Origin: a virus
Lineage: Duplodnaviria > Caudoviricetes
Virus record (IMG/VR): IMGVR_UViG_3300037488_001194
Location: 1 to 56,586 of that record
DNA length: 56,586 bases
Direction: 5' to 3' (one strand)
Shown piece after piece: positions 16,773 to 23,757 of this stretch. A program made the translations under genes and the position numbers. Position 1 is the first letter of the stretch, and each line of letters begins with the position of its first letter. The notes under the pieces were generated by a model. It saw only the letters and a list, made by a program, of their open reading frames with translations. It did not search any database and was not told the origin of the DNA.

Positions 16773-17195
16773 ATGGCCTGTCCAAACGCAACTCAGGATA
16801 TCAAGCTAAACCTAAGGAATAGACAAAATGCAATACAAAAAGCAAACTACGGTCCGCTTAACCCCAATGAAGCAAATGAAAGTTTCTGGGCTGGGAAGGC
16901 AAGGATATTCGAAACAACTCCAGACGAGGCCAGAAAATCGAGATGCGGAAACTGTGCGGCCTTCAACGTTACGGATGAAATCAAAAGCTGCATCGCAAAA
17001 GGTATTGGTACCGAAACAGGAGATGAGTGGGATATCATCAAAGAAGCGGAGCTCGGGTACTGCGAGATCTTCGACTTCAAATGTGCCGCCTCAAGGACTT
17101 GCGATGCTTGGGTTGTAGGTGGCCCACTTACTGAAGATAAGATTGAACCTAAAAGTTTCGAACAAACCGTAGAGATGAAAAGCCCAGCATACTAA
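16773..17195 (+). CDS. Conserved Cys-rich phage protein
   Basis: YGPLNP, RCGNCAAF and GYC..FDFKCAASRTCDAW motifs; upstream TTGCCA-17-TAAATA (16734-16762). Confidence 0.65.
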   Translation: MACPNATQDIKLNLRNRQNAIQKANYGPLNPNEANESFWAGKARIFETTPDEARKSRCGNCAAFNVTDEIKSCIAKGIGTETGDEWDIIKEAELGYCEIFDFKCAASRTCDAWVVGGPLTEDKIEPKSFEQTVEMKSPAY

Positions 17196-17204
17196 GGAGA
17201 ACAT

Positions 17205-17360
17205 ATGCCATTAGGACGTAACGTATCGAAGAACATCAGCGACCTATACGCTGACAATAAGAAAAGTGGAAAAGCCAAGGGAGCGATGGGCAAGCCACGA
17301 GGTCGAGCCCAGATCATTGCCATTGCTTTGTCTGCAGCTGGTAAGTCCAAGAAGAAATGA
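17205..17360 (+). CDS. Small basic protein (DUF6496-like, 51 aa, not in ORF track)
   Basis: AAGGAG SD; MPLGRNVSKNISDL...AQIIAIALSAAGKSKKK. Confidence 0.7.
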   Translation: MPLGRNVSKNISDLYADNKKSGKAKGAMGKPRGRAQIIAIALSAAGKSKKK

Positions 17361-17731
17361 GCGAACAGTATTACTTGCGGGACACGACTATCCACCCAGC
17401 TTCTGGGTTTGTCTATACGGATGAAGATACCAAGCAAGTGATTACCGCTGGTAGTTTCGCTGATCTAATTGCCGCCGTTGTCCAGCACCGCAGGAATAAC
17501 CATCTCGAAGTAGATGCTAAGATTGTTGACGCAATCCACTCCTATCTTTGTGCGATGAATAACAACGGGCCGTGTGCTAAAGGAACCCGTGGCCTTGGGG
17601 ATCTGGTTCATACAGTAGCTCAGCCGATTGCGTGGGTAATTGATAAAGCTTTCGGGACGAATGTCCAAGGTTGTTGGTCTTGCGGTGGCCGTCGCAATGC
17701 TTTGAATAAAGCAGTTCCATTCAATAAATAA
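17357..17731 (+). CDS. Hypothetical protein with GLGD...CxxC..RR..LN motif
   Basis: ATGA-coupled ORF with a recurrent phage C-terminal motif. Confidence 0.6.
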   Translation: MSEQYYLRDTTIHPASGFVYTDEDTKQVITAGSFADLIAAVVQHRRNNHLEVDAKIVDAIHSYLCAMNNNGPCAKGTRGLGDLVHTVAQPIAWVIDKAFGTNVQGCWSCGGRRNALNKAVPFNK

Positions 17732-17767
17732 TTTGATAGTTGGCCACTAGCCAACTAAGTTTTCTAT

Positions 17768-18055
17768 ATGAATATTGAGGGTGTGAAAAAACCCGTGAAG
17801 TATTCCTCTTGGTTCAAGAAGGAAGCTACTAAACTTTCTAAGTTACGTAAGGACGTAGATGGTTTGAAAGTTGAACACCAAGCCGTGCTCCAAGACATCG
17901 AGGATGGCGAGGAGTACGCCAAGGATTTAGAACAAGCAATCGTTCAACTAGATAAGCAGGTCGCAGCAACGAGGCGGGAGCTGGCCCGCAGGTTCGCAAC
18001 CTACGATGCCAACTTCCGCCACGATGCCTTGTTAGACCCTAGCCTTTTGGACTAG
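17768..18055 (+). CDS. Coiled-coil hypothetical protein
   Basis: Heptad-rich sequence; upstream TTGATA-17-TAAGTT (17733-17761). Confidence 0.55.
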   Translation: MNIEGVKKPVKYSSWFKKEATKLSKLRKDVDGLKVEHQAVLQDIEDGEEYAKDLEQAIVQLDKQVAATRRELARRFATYDANFRHDALLDPSLLD

Positions 18056-18239
18056 GGTACTTGAATACTTGCTTCTTGCCAGGCTTAGCAGTTGCTTTCT
18101 TCTTACCCCAATCAATAGACTGATAGTTCTTATAGAACCGATCAGACATGTTACGAGGCGAGTCGCCTTTACCATTTTGCATATCTTCAAAGGTAACATC
18201 GCCTCGTTGCCGAAGCGAGTCATAACTAATGTTGCTCAT
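18039..18239 (-). CDS. Small hypothetical protein (GKGDSPR...NY..IDW motif)
   Basis: Last gene of the minus-strand block, converging with the late genes. Confidence 0.55.
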   Translation of the reverse strand: MSNISYDSLRQRGDVTFEDMQNGKGDSPRNMSDRFYKNYQSIDWGKKKATAKPGKKQVFKYPSPKG

Positions 18240-18685
18240 CGATTAAATATATCCTCCTTTATCAGAGCCTTAAGTTCTTCCGACTGGGAGTCGTAGATCT
18301 TGGGGCCAACGGTTGAGAAGTTATCATTGAGACTGCCTATGCAAGCCTCTTCTCTATCGGAGAAGGGGATCTGAACATAGATCGACTCGTTGAATATCGA
18401 ATGAGTATTGGTCTCCTCTGTGCTTAGAGTTCCCAGTACCTCACCGCTAGTTGATACCACAACGGGACCATCGGTTACCCATTGGGCATTCTCCGTCACG
18501 GAACTGAGGAGGGAGACCGTTGAGAAGTCTCCCGTCTTGGTTCCCGATTCGTTGCTGATCGAATCAATCAATGCTTCGTTGGCGTTGAGGATACCCAGAT
18601 ATCCATCGCCTTCCTCGCCCCGAGCGACGAGCGCCGAGGAGAAGAGGACTATTCCAACGAGAAGTCTGCTAGCTTTAGTTCCCAT
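18236..18685 (-). CDS. Predicted secreted protein with internal repeat
   Basis: Signal peptide (RLLVGIVLFSSALVA); repeats YLGILNAN..LIDSISNE / VLGTLSTE..THSIFNE. Confidence 0.55.
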   Translation of the reverse strand: MGTKASRLLVGIVLFSSALVARGEEGDGYLGILNANEALIDSISNESGTKTGDFSTVSLLSSVTENAQWVTDGPVVVSTSGEVLGTLSTEETNTHSIFNESIYVQIPFSDREEACIGSLNDNFSTVGPKIYDSQSEELKALIKEDIFNR

Positions 18686-18939
18686 GCTTCGTCTCCATTC
18701 TCGAGCTCGAACGATTCGAATTCCTGGTGCGCGGTCTCCAATAGTTGTAGAGCTCGGTTCATTTTTAGTTTAGCAATATCAGGAGTGAAGTCATCCATGA
18801 CCTCAACCCCATGCACCTTTAGTATCATCTGAGTTAGAGGAGTGTACACATTGTCCATGAAGTCGGGGTCTTCCTCGGCCACCTTGGCCAAGACTCCGAT
18901 ACCGATCATGCCAAGAGCAATAGCGTCTGTGGTTGTCAC
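18649..18939 (-). CDS. Hypothetical early protein
   Basis: ORF in the coupled minus-strand array; GGAGG SD. Confidence 0.5.
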   Translation of the reverse strand: MTTTDAIALGMIGIGVLAKVAEEDPDFMDNVYTPLTQMILKVHGVEVMDDFTPDIAKLKMNRALQLLETAHQEFESFELENGDEAWELKLADFSLE

Positions 18940-19133
18940 GCCTTGGCCTCCCGCATGATTGCCTCGTGAACCTCGCTGGCCAACGGAGCTTGCATAGCTT
19001 CCATCAACGCGGTCGGGGCATCGTATTCCATATCGACTATCACCCCACTCCTAACCGTCCCGCTATACGGAACGATGTACGAGTCATCTGCAAACACATA
19101 TAGCAATTCACCTTTAACTTCTTTCATTAGCAT
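18936..19133 (-). CDS. Hypothetical early protein
   Basis: GGAGGA SD before ATG 19133, giving a shorter gene than the ORF-track call. Confidence 0.5.
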   Translation of the reverse strand: MLMKEVKGELLYVFADDSYIVPYSGTVRSGVIVDMEYDAPTALMEAMQAPLASEVHEAIMREAKA

Positions 19134-19342
19134 GTCCTCCACATTCCGACCACAGCTCCATCGCGTGAGGTCACTAGACCATCGCGTTTGAACGTGATCT
19201 TTCTTTTGTTGATTTTCCGTCCAGTCACGAGGTTGTCCATCTTGTTGAACCAATCATACGCAACCTCAAGGCTTCTGAATTTAAAGACCTTATGCTCTTT
19301 CGACCACGGGTCTTTCAGATATGTTACAAAGTTATACTTCAT
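19127..19342 (-). CDS. Hypothetical early protein
   Basis: GAAAGGA SD; ATGA coupling. Confidence 0.55.
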   Translation of the reverse strand: MKYNFVTYLKDPWSKEHKVFKFRSLEVAYDWFNKMDNLVTGRKINKRKITFKRDGLVTSRDGAVVGMWRTC

Positions 19343-19578
19343 TCTTGTCCTTTCTTTTCCGGCCCCAGCTCAGCCCATAGCGGGAACAGCTCGCGCTGTT
19401 TACCTGCTGGCCAAGGATGGGCAACGGCTATCCCGCTGACCTGCCGAGCTTCCTTGAAGACGTCTTCCGATTCCGTGTAGCCACGGATGTTATCGGCTTT
19501 CAGCCCAGGCATTAGCTCTGTCCAAGTATCATCGATTGTTAGATACAAACCATCCGAACGTTTGATTGCATATGTCAT
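19339..19578 (-). CDS. Hypothetical early protein
   Basis: AAGGAG SD; ATGA coupling. Confidence 0.55.
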   Translation of the reverse strand: MTYAIKRSDGLYLTIDDTWTELMPGLKADNIRGYTESEDVFKEARQVSGIAVAHPWPAGKQRELFPLWAELGPEKKGQE

Positions 19579-19757
19579 AGTGAACTCCTTTCAGTTTGAT
19601 ACTCTTCAATGTCTTCTCTCAAGTCTTTCGGTTTATAATCGCCGTTGACAAGATTCGTTAAGTGAACATAACACTCCTCTAATATCGCGTTTGAGTCTTT
19701 TGGATTGGATACGTAACTAGTCATCAAATCCTCGACCATTGCTATTGTTACCTTCAT
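19575..19757 (-). CDS. Hypothetical early protein
   Basis: GGAG SD; ATGA coupling. Confidence 0.55.
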   Translation of the reverse strand: MKVTIAMVEDLMTSYVSNPKDSNAILEECYVHLTNLVNGDYKPKDLREDIEEYQTERSSL

Positions 19758-19876
19758 AGTGTTGCTCCCTTCTTTTCAAAGCAGTCGTCACAGAAGATGT
19801 CGAAGTCGATACTATTAATATCGTGCATCGTGCCGTACTCCTGTGACTTTTCGCAGTCGTAGCATATGTCTTTCAT
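19754..19876 (-). CDS. 40-aa CxxC...CxxC zinc-finger peptide (not in ORF track)
   Basis: MKDICYDCEK...FCDDCFEKKGATL; coupled at both ends. Confidence 0.6.
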   Translation of the reverse strand: MKDICYDCEKSQEYGTMHDINSIDFDIFCDDCFEKKGATL

Positions 19877-20091
19877 AGTGTTGCTCCTGTCTTGTGTTCG
19901 TATACCATTGCGTTGAGGAGACCAATCACCTTGGCCTCGAAGGTGTCGATGAATTCACCGCTCACCCTGGATGGTGGAGCTTTCAATGGGGCGATGCCCA
20001 TCTCCATCCTCGTCTTGTTACGCTCCTTGAACTTAGCACTAGCCAAGTCCAACGCCGATCGTTTGACCGCCGCTTTGTTGAGTAGGCTCAT
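19873..20091 (-). CDS. Hypothetical early protein
   Basis: Likely start MSLLNKAAVK overlapping the upstream stop codon. Confidence 0.55.
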   Translation of the reverse strand: MSLLNKAAVKRSALDLASAKFKERNKTRMEMGIAPLKAPPSRVSGEFIDTFEAKVIGLLNAMVYEHKTGATL

Positions 20092-20423
20092 GTGTGAGCC
20101 AGTCTGGTTTTTGTGAAGCGGGGCGAACCAAGCCCATCCCAACCGAGGGTCTCTTTATTGACGTAATGCGCGATCATATAGATGTCGTGCATGAGACTGG
20201 TTGTGTCCTCGGTCTTCAACATCTCGCTTAAGCGGAGCTTGAAGTGTTTGGAGTGACAGACCGTCAAGTCCATCATAAGGTCGGTGATTCCTCTCTCTAC
20301 CAGCCTTGAATCAGGTATGAACCTGGCCTCTAGCTTGATTGCCCTTTTCGCAATCTTGCCGATGAGACCATAGTCTTTCTTGGAGGGTGTCTGTTTTGTT
20401 GTGGGTTTGAGTTTCTTTTTCAT
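20088..20423 (-). CDS. Hypothetical early protein
   Basis: GAAAGGA SD, start MKKKLK; MDL..CH...LRL..ML......HDI..I motif. Confidence 0.55.
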   Translation of the reverse strand: MKKKLKPTTKQTPSKKDYGLIGKIAKRAIKLEARFIPDSRLVERGITDLMMDLTVCHSKHFKLRLSEMLKTEDTTSLMHDIYMIAHYVNKETLGWDGLGSPRFTKTRLAHT

Positions 20424-21025
20424 GCTGTTATCCTTTCTGTTTGTAAGGCTCCCCATTGGGAAGCCATTGCTCTTGCTATACCGTCGAAGGTCTTTGCTCT
20501 GTTCTTCTGTCTGTCCTTGCCACCCTTGTTGAACCAGTTGCCAGGAACCTTGCTACTCTGCGGGTTCTTAACAATCTTTGTCGGTCTCAATGGTGGTAGA
20601 CCCTTGAGCCATAGGCACGTCCGCTTCTGCACGGGATGCCCGAACTCGTAGGGTTGAATCACTTGGTCGTAACGGGGCAGGTTGAAGATCGTGGATGGAG
20701 TGGGGTTCTCGATGGCAATCATAGGAATGTCGGCATTCCATAACGCCATAAAGAACTCTCGTCCTTCCATACCCAGCTTGAGTCTAGCCCTGTTCAACCT
20801 ACCCTTTGGATACAGGAACCTAGCCCCTGCATTGGACAAGTAGGTACAAGGGGGATGGGCAATCATTAAGTCCCAACCACCGTCGAGTACCTTCCTTACG
20901 TCACCTTGGTAATGCTGGCCGGGGACATCCGTGGGTATGATATCACAGCTCATAGCCTGATGGCCTTGAGCAATGAAAGCATCACGGACGGTACCGGAGT
21001 ACTCGCATGCTACTAATACTTTCAT
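20420..21025 (-). CDS. DNA cytosine-5 methyltransferase-like protein (copy 2)
   Basis: MKVLVACEYSG, DLMIAHPPCTYL (catalytic PC), IAIENP, QPYEFGH, K.T.LWL, TF.GIA.AMA.QW. Confidence 0.75.
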   Translation of the reverse strand: MKVLVACEYSGTVRDAFIAQGHQAMSCDIIPTDVPGQHYQGDVRKVLDGGWDLMIAHPPCTYLSNAGARFLYPKGRLNRARLKLGMEGREFFMALWNADIPMIAIENPTPSTIFNLPRYDQVIQPYEFGHPVQKRTCLWLKGLPPLRPTKIVKNPQSSKVPGNWFNKGGKDRQKNRAKTFDGIARAMASQWGALQTERITA

Positions 21026-21042
21026 ATGTTCTCCTTTCTTTA

Positions 21043-21690
21043 TTAAACCCTAGCCATTCCAGTAAGTTGGATGACCCGCTTGATGAGCGGGTCTTCGTCA
21101 ATGATTCCCCATTGCTTTGCCATAGCTTTGGCGATTCCCTTGAAGGTTGTACTTCGAACCTTCCAGCGATCTTTTCCTGGTGCTTGCCAATGAATCCGTT
21201 GCTGGACTGCAATGGGCAACGCATCGGTTTCTTCCTTGAGGTCGGTGGTTGGGACAAGCTTGGGCAATCCCTTGAGCCACAAGCCAGTACCTTTCTTCTC
21301 CTTGTGGCCGAACATCCAAGGCTGGATGATCTGGTCGGGGCCACGGCCAACGATATCCTTGGCGTACTTGTGCATGATAGGATTCTCGACGGCGATGTGG
21401 GGGATGTCGGCCTCAAGCAACTGCTTGAAGAACTCAGCACCAGCCCGCATCTTGTCGAACCTATCCTGCTGTTTGTATAGCCAGCACACACCCGAGTTAC
21501 ACAGGTAAGTGCAGGGTGGATGGGCGACCATCAAGTCCCATCCATCATTGATGATGTCGAACACACTACCTTGGTAGTGCGGTCCTTTCTTATCGGTCGG
21601 GAGAAGATCGCACGACATGGCGTCGTGTCCTCTTGCGATGAACGCATCCCGAACCGTACCAGAATACTCGCAAGCGATAAGTACTTTCAT
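21043..21690 (-). CDS. DNA cytosine-5 methyltransferase-like protein (copy 1)
   Basis: MKVLIACEYSG, DLMVAHPPCTYL, IAVENP, QPWMFGH, RSTTFKGIAKAMAKQW. Confidence 0.75.
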   Translation of the reverse strand: MKVLIACEYSGTVRDAFIARGHDAMSCDLLPTDKKGPHYQGSVFDIINDGWDLMVAHPPCTYLCNSGVCWLYKQQDRFDKMRAGAEFFKQLLEADIPHIAVENPIMHKYAKDIVGRGPDQIIQPWMFGHKEKKGTGLWLKGLPKLVPTTDLKEETDALPIAVQQRIHWQAPGKDRWKVRSTTFKGIAKAMAKQWGIIDEDPLIKRVIQLTGMARV

Positions 21691-21692
21691 TA

Positions 21693-22409
21693 TTAGCTTC
21701 CTTTCTTATTCTTTTTGTTGTAACCCGTCCAGCCTAATTTTCGTAGGGCTGACAAGGCTTTCGATGCATAGCTCCCTGCGGGTTGTACACCGTGGATGAG
21801 AAGACCGAACGACTTGCCAGACTTGTAAGCGTGGCTGTCATCGTGGTCGATCTCCAGTCCCTTGATCTTCGCTTCCTCGTGACTGAACACAACCTCGGCA
21901 GACTTAAGATTGTGGGCGTCGATCAGCCAGTCGTGGATACCGCCACGGCTAGCATTGAGGGCGAAGTTCTTGGGTATCTCACCCAGCTTACTCACCCACA
22001 GATGCAGGCTCTTGGTGTAGGCATAGAAGGTACGCAACGGATTCTTCCGTGCGACTTCCATCCAAGCATCGAAGTAGGACTCGTTGAAGAAGTCCCCGCT
22101 GACGTGGACACGGATGAGGTTGGCCTTCTTGGGGAGGCTAGCCTCGATCAGTTGTGTCATCTGCTCGGTCGTCTTGCCCTTGAGCAAGTCGAAGTTGTAC
22201 CAGCGTTGTTCGCGGACGTTCTTGTATTGGACTTCGTCCGATGCGGCAAAGCATCTGAACTTGGTTTCTAATCCGTCTTGAATTCCGCTTCCGTGTCGAC
22301 CAGCTCGGGACAAACAATCCTTCGCGCCGGGGCAGGCGTAACCTGCGGGAAGACTGAAGGTGAAGATGTCGTTGCCAAGCTTGGCGTTACCTCTATTGAA
22401 CTTAAGCAT
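21693..22409 (-). CDS. GP88-family (radical-SAM-like) protein
   Basis: GNAKL...FSLPAG.ACPGA..C...CFA; IRVHVSGDF; FYAYTK. Confidence 0.75.
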   Translation of the reverse strand: MLKFNRGNAKLGNDIFTFSLPAGYACPGAKDCLSRAGRHGSGIQDGLETKFRCFAASDEVQYKNVREQRWYNFDLLKGKTTEQMTQLIEASLPKKANLIRVHVSGDFFNESYFDAWMEVARKNPLRTFYAYTKSLHLWVSKLGEIPKNFALNASRGGIHDWLIDAHNLKSAEVVFSHEEAKIKGLEIDHDDSHAYKSGKSFGLLIHGVQPAGSYASKALSALRKLGWTGYNKKNKKGS

Positions 22410-22830
22410 TGATGAACCTTTCTTTCCATTGCTGGAATGTTTGGGGTGTGATGTTGTCTGCGATACTACGGATAACTTCAGATAGATACTGAGTGGTGCC
22501 GATGTAGTTAGAGTAATCTTCGAAGCTCAAGGTACCGTTGGATAAGGCGGGTGCCATTCTCCATCCGTTCTCCTTGTATGTAATGTCCGTGTGCCACTTC
22601 CTTATCGAGTCGTAGATGTCTCCAGGTCCGTGTACTATTTTCTTTACCGTCTTGTAGGTAAGACGGATGGATTTGTAATCTGGTTGCCACGCTAGCTGGC
22701 GGACAGTTACTTTGTTGTTGGGGAAATCATCCGTCGCTGTCTTGGAAGGTAGGACTTGGTCGACGATGATGTGATTGTTGAGGAGCTTCGCCAGTCCTCC
22801 AGATTTAACGGCGATGGGTAATAGTTTCAT
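22402..22830 (-). CDS. Hypothetical early protein
   Basis: GAAAGGA SD before MKLLPIAVK. Confidence 0.55.
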   Translation of the reverse strand: MKLLPIAVKSGGLAKLLNNHIIVDQVLPSKTATDDFPNNKVTVRQLAWQPDYKSIRLTYKTVKKIVHGPGDIYDSIRKWHTDITYKENGWRMAPALSNGTLSFEDYSNYIGTTQYLSEVIRSIADNITPQTFQQWKERFINA

Positions 22831-22851
22831 TGGTATTCCTTTCAAGAATAT

Positions 22852-22884
22852 GAACCCCGCCGTGGAGTTGCCACGACGGGGCTC
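22852..22884 (-). terminator. Intergenic stem-loop downstream of rIIB
   Basis: gaaccccgccgtgg-agttg-ccacgacggggctc imperfect inverted repeat; weak U-tract. Confidence 0.45.
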
Positions 22885-22892
22885 GGGTTATG

Positions 22893-23738
22893 TTATCGGT
22901 TAGCGAGGTCGAACAAGATGTTGCGGATACCCTCAAGGGCTTCCTCGATCTTGTCGTTGTTACTTACGGAGACGGAATCACCGCTCCCGTATTCGTCTTC
23001 GTCATTGTACAATCTGCCATCGTTGGCAATGGTATTCCGAAGAGCACCATTGAACTCATCGACGACCTCGTACTGACAGGTGCGAAGCTTCTGGCATTCG
23101 CAATCTGTCGGGACGCTTACGACATCAGCGGGGTTGATCTTGACGATCACGATGCGTTTGTCCCCGCTTCCGAACGACTGAGCGTATTCTAACGAGCCAG
23201 CGTGGAAGCCGTAAGAGCATCCGATGCCAGCGTCGTCGCATACCTTGCGTCGCTCCATCCGTAGGGTTGAGCCTACTCGGTTGGAGAACTTGCCCGTGTG
23301 ATGATCTGTGTAGTCACCACGCAGGGACTTGTATGCCAAGAAGCACCCGTCTGGGGTGATCGGCATATGTCCGTGGGCAAGGAATGTGTACAGCTCGGTG
23401 CGGGCACGACGACTGTCGTTCCGTTCCAAGTTCTCGAAGAACCGAAGCAACGGGTCGAGTGGCAATCCGTTGCGATGGCATTCGAGGATACGCTGAACAA
23501 GTACGCCGTGTACTTCTTCGCCGTTGTACTTCACCGAGTTCTCGGACACTTCGAACGCACCACCAAGATACTTGGTCAATGCGATGCGAGGGTTGATGAG
23601 CTCGATGACTTCTGCTTCGGGAGCACCTGCCCGAATCGCATCCAAGACAGCGTTGAAGTTGCCATGGGTTGCGGATAGAGTATACGACTGGCCGTTGGCG
23701 ACCACCGTGATACTCTCATTGGTGATGATGTATGTCAT
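22893..23738 (-). CDS. rIIB: rIIB-like protein
   Basis: PLLRFFENL..N.S......LY.FL, PITPDGCFLAYK, CS.G.HAGS..YA, V.I.PADVVSVP.D...K.RTC.YEV. Confidence 0.9.
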   Translation of the reverse strand: MTYIITNESITVVANGQSYTLSATHGNFNAVLDAIRAGAPEAEVIELINPRIALTKYLGGAFEVSENSVKYNGEEVHGVLVQRILECHRNGLPLDPLLRFFENLERNDSRRARTELYTFLAHGHMPITPDGCFLAYKSLRGDYTDHHTGKFSNRVGSTLRMERRKVCDDAGIGCSYGFHAGSLEYAQSFGSGDKRIVIVKINPADVVSVPTDCECQKLRTCQYEVVDEFNGALRNTIANDGRLYNDEDEYGSGDSVSVSNNDKIEEALEGIRNILFDLANR

Positions 23739-23757
23739 TGTCTATCCTCTCTTTCTT

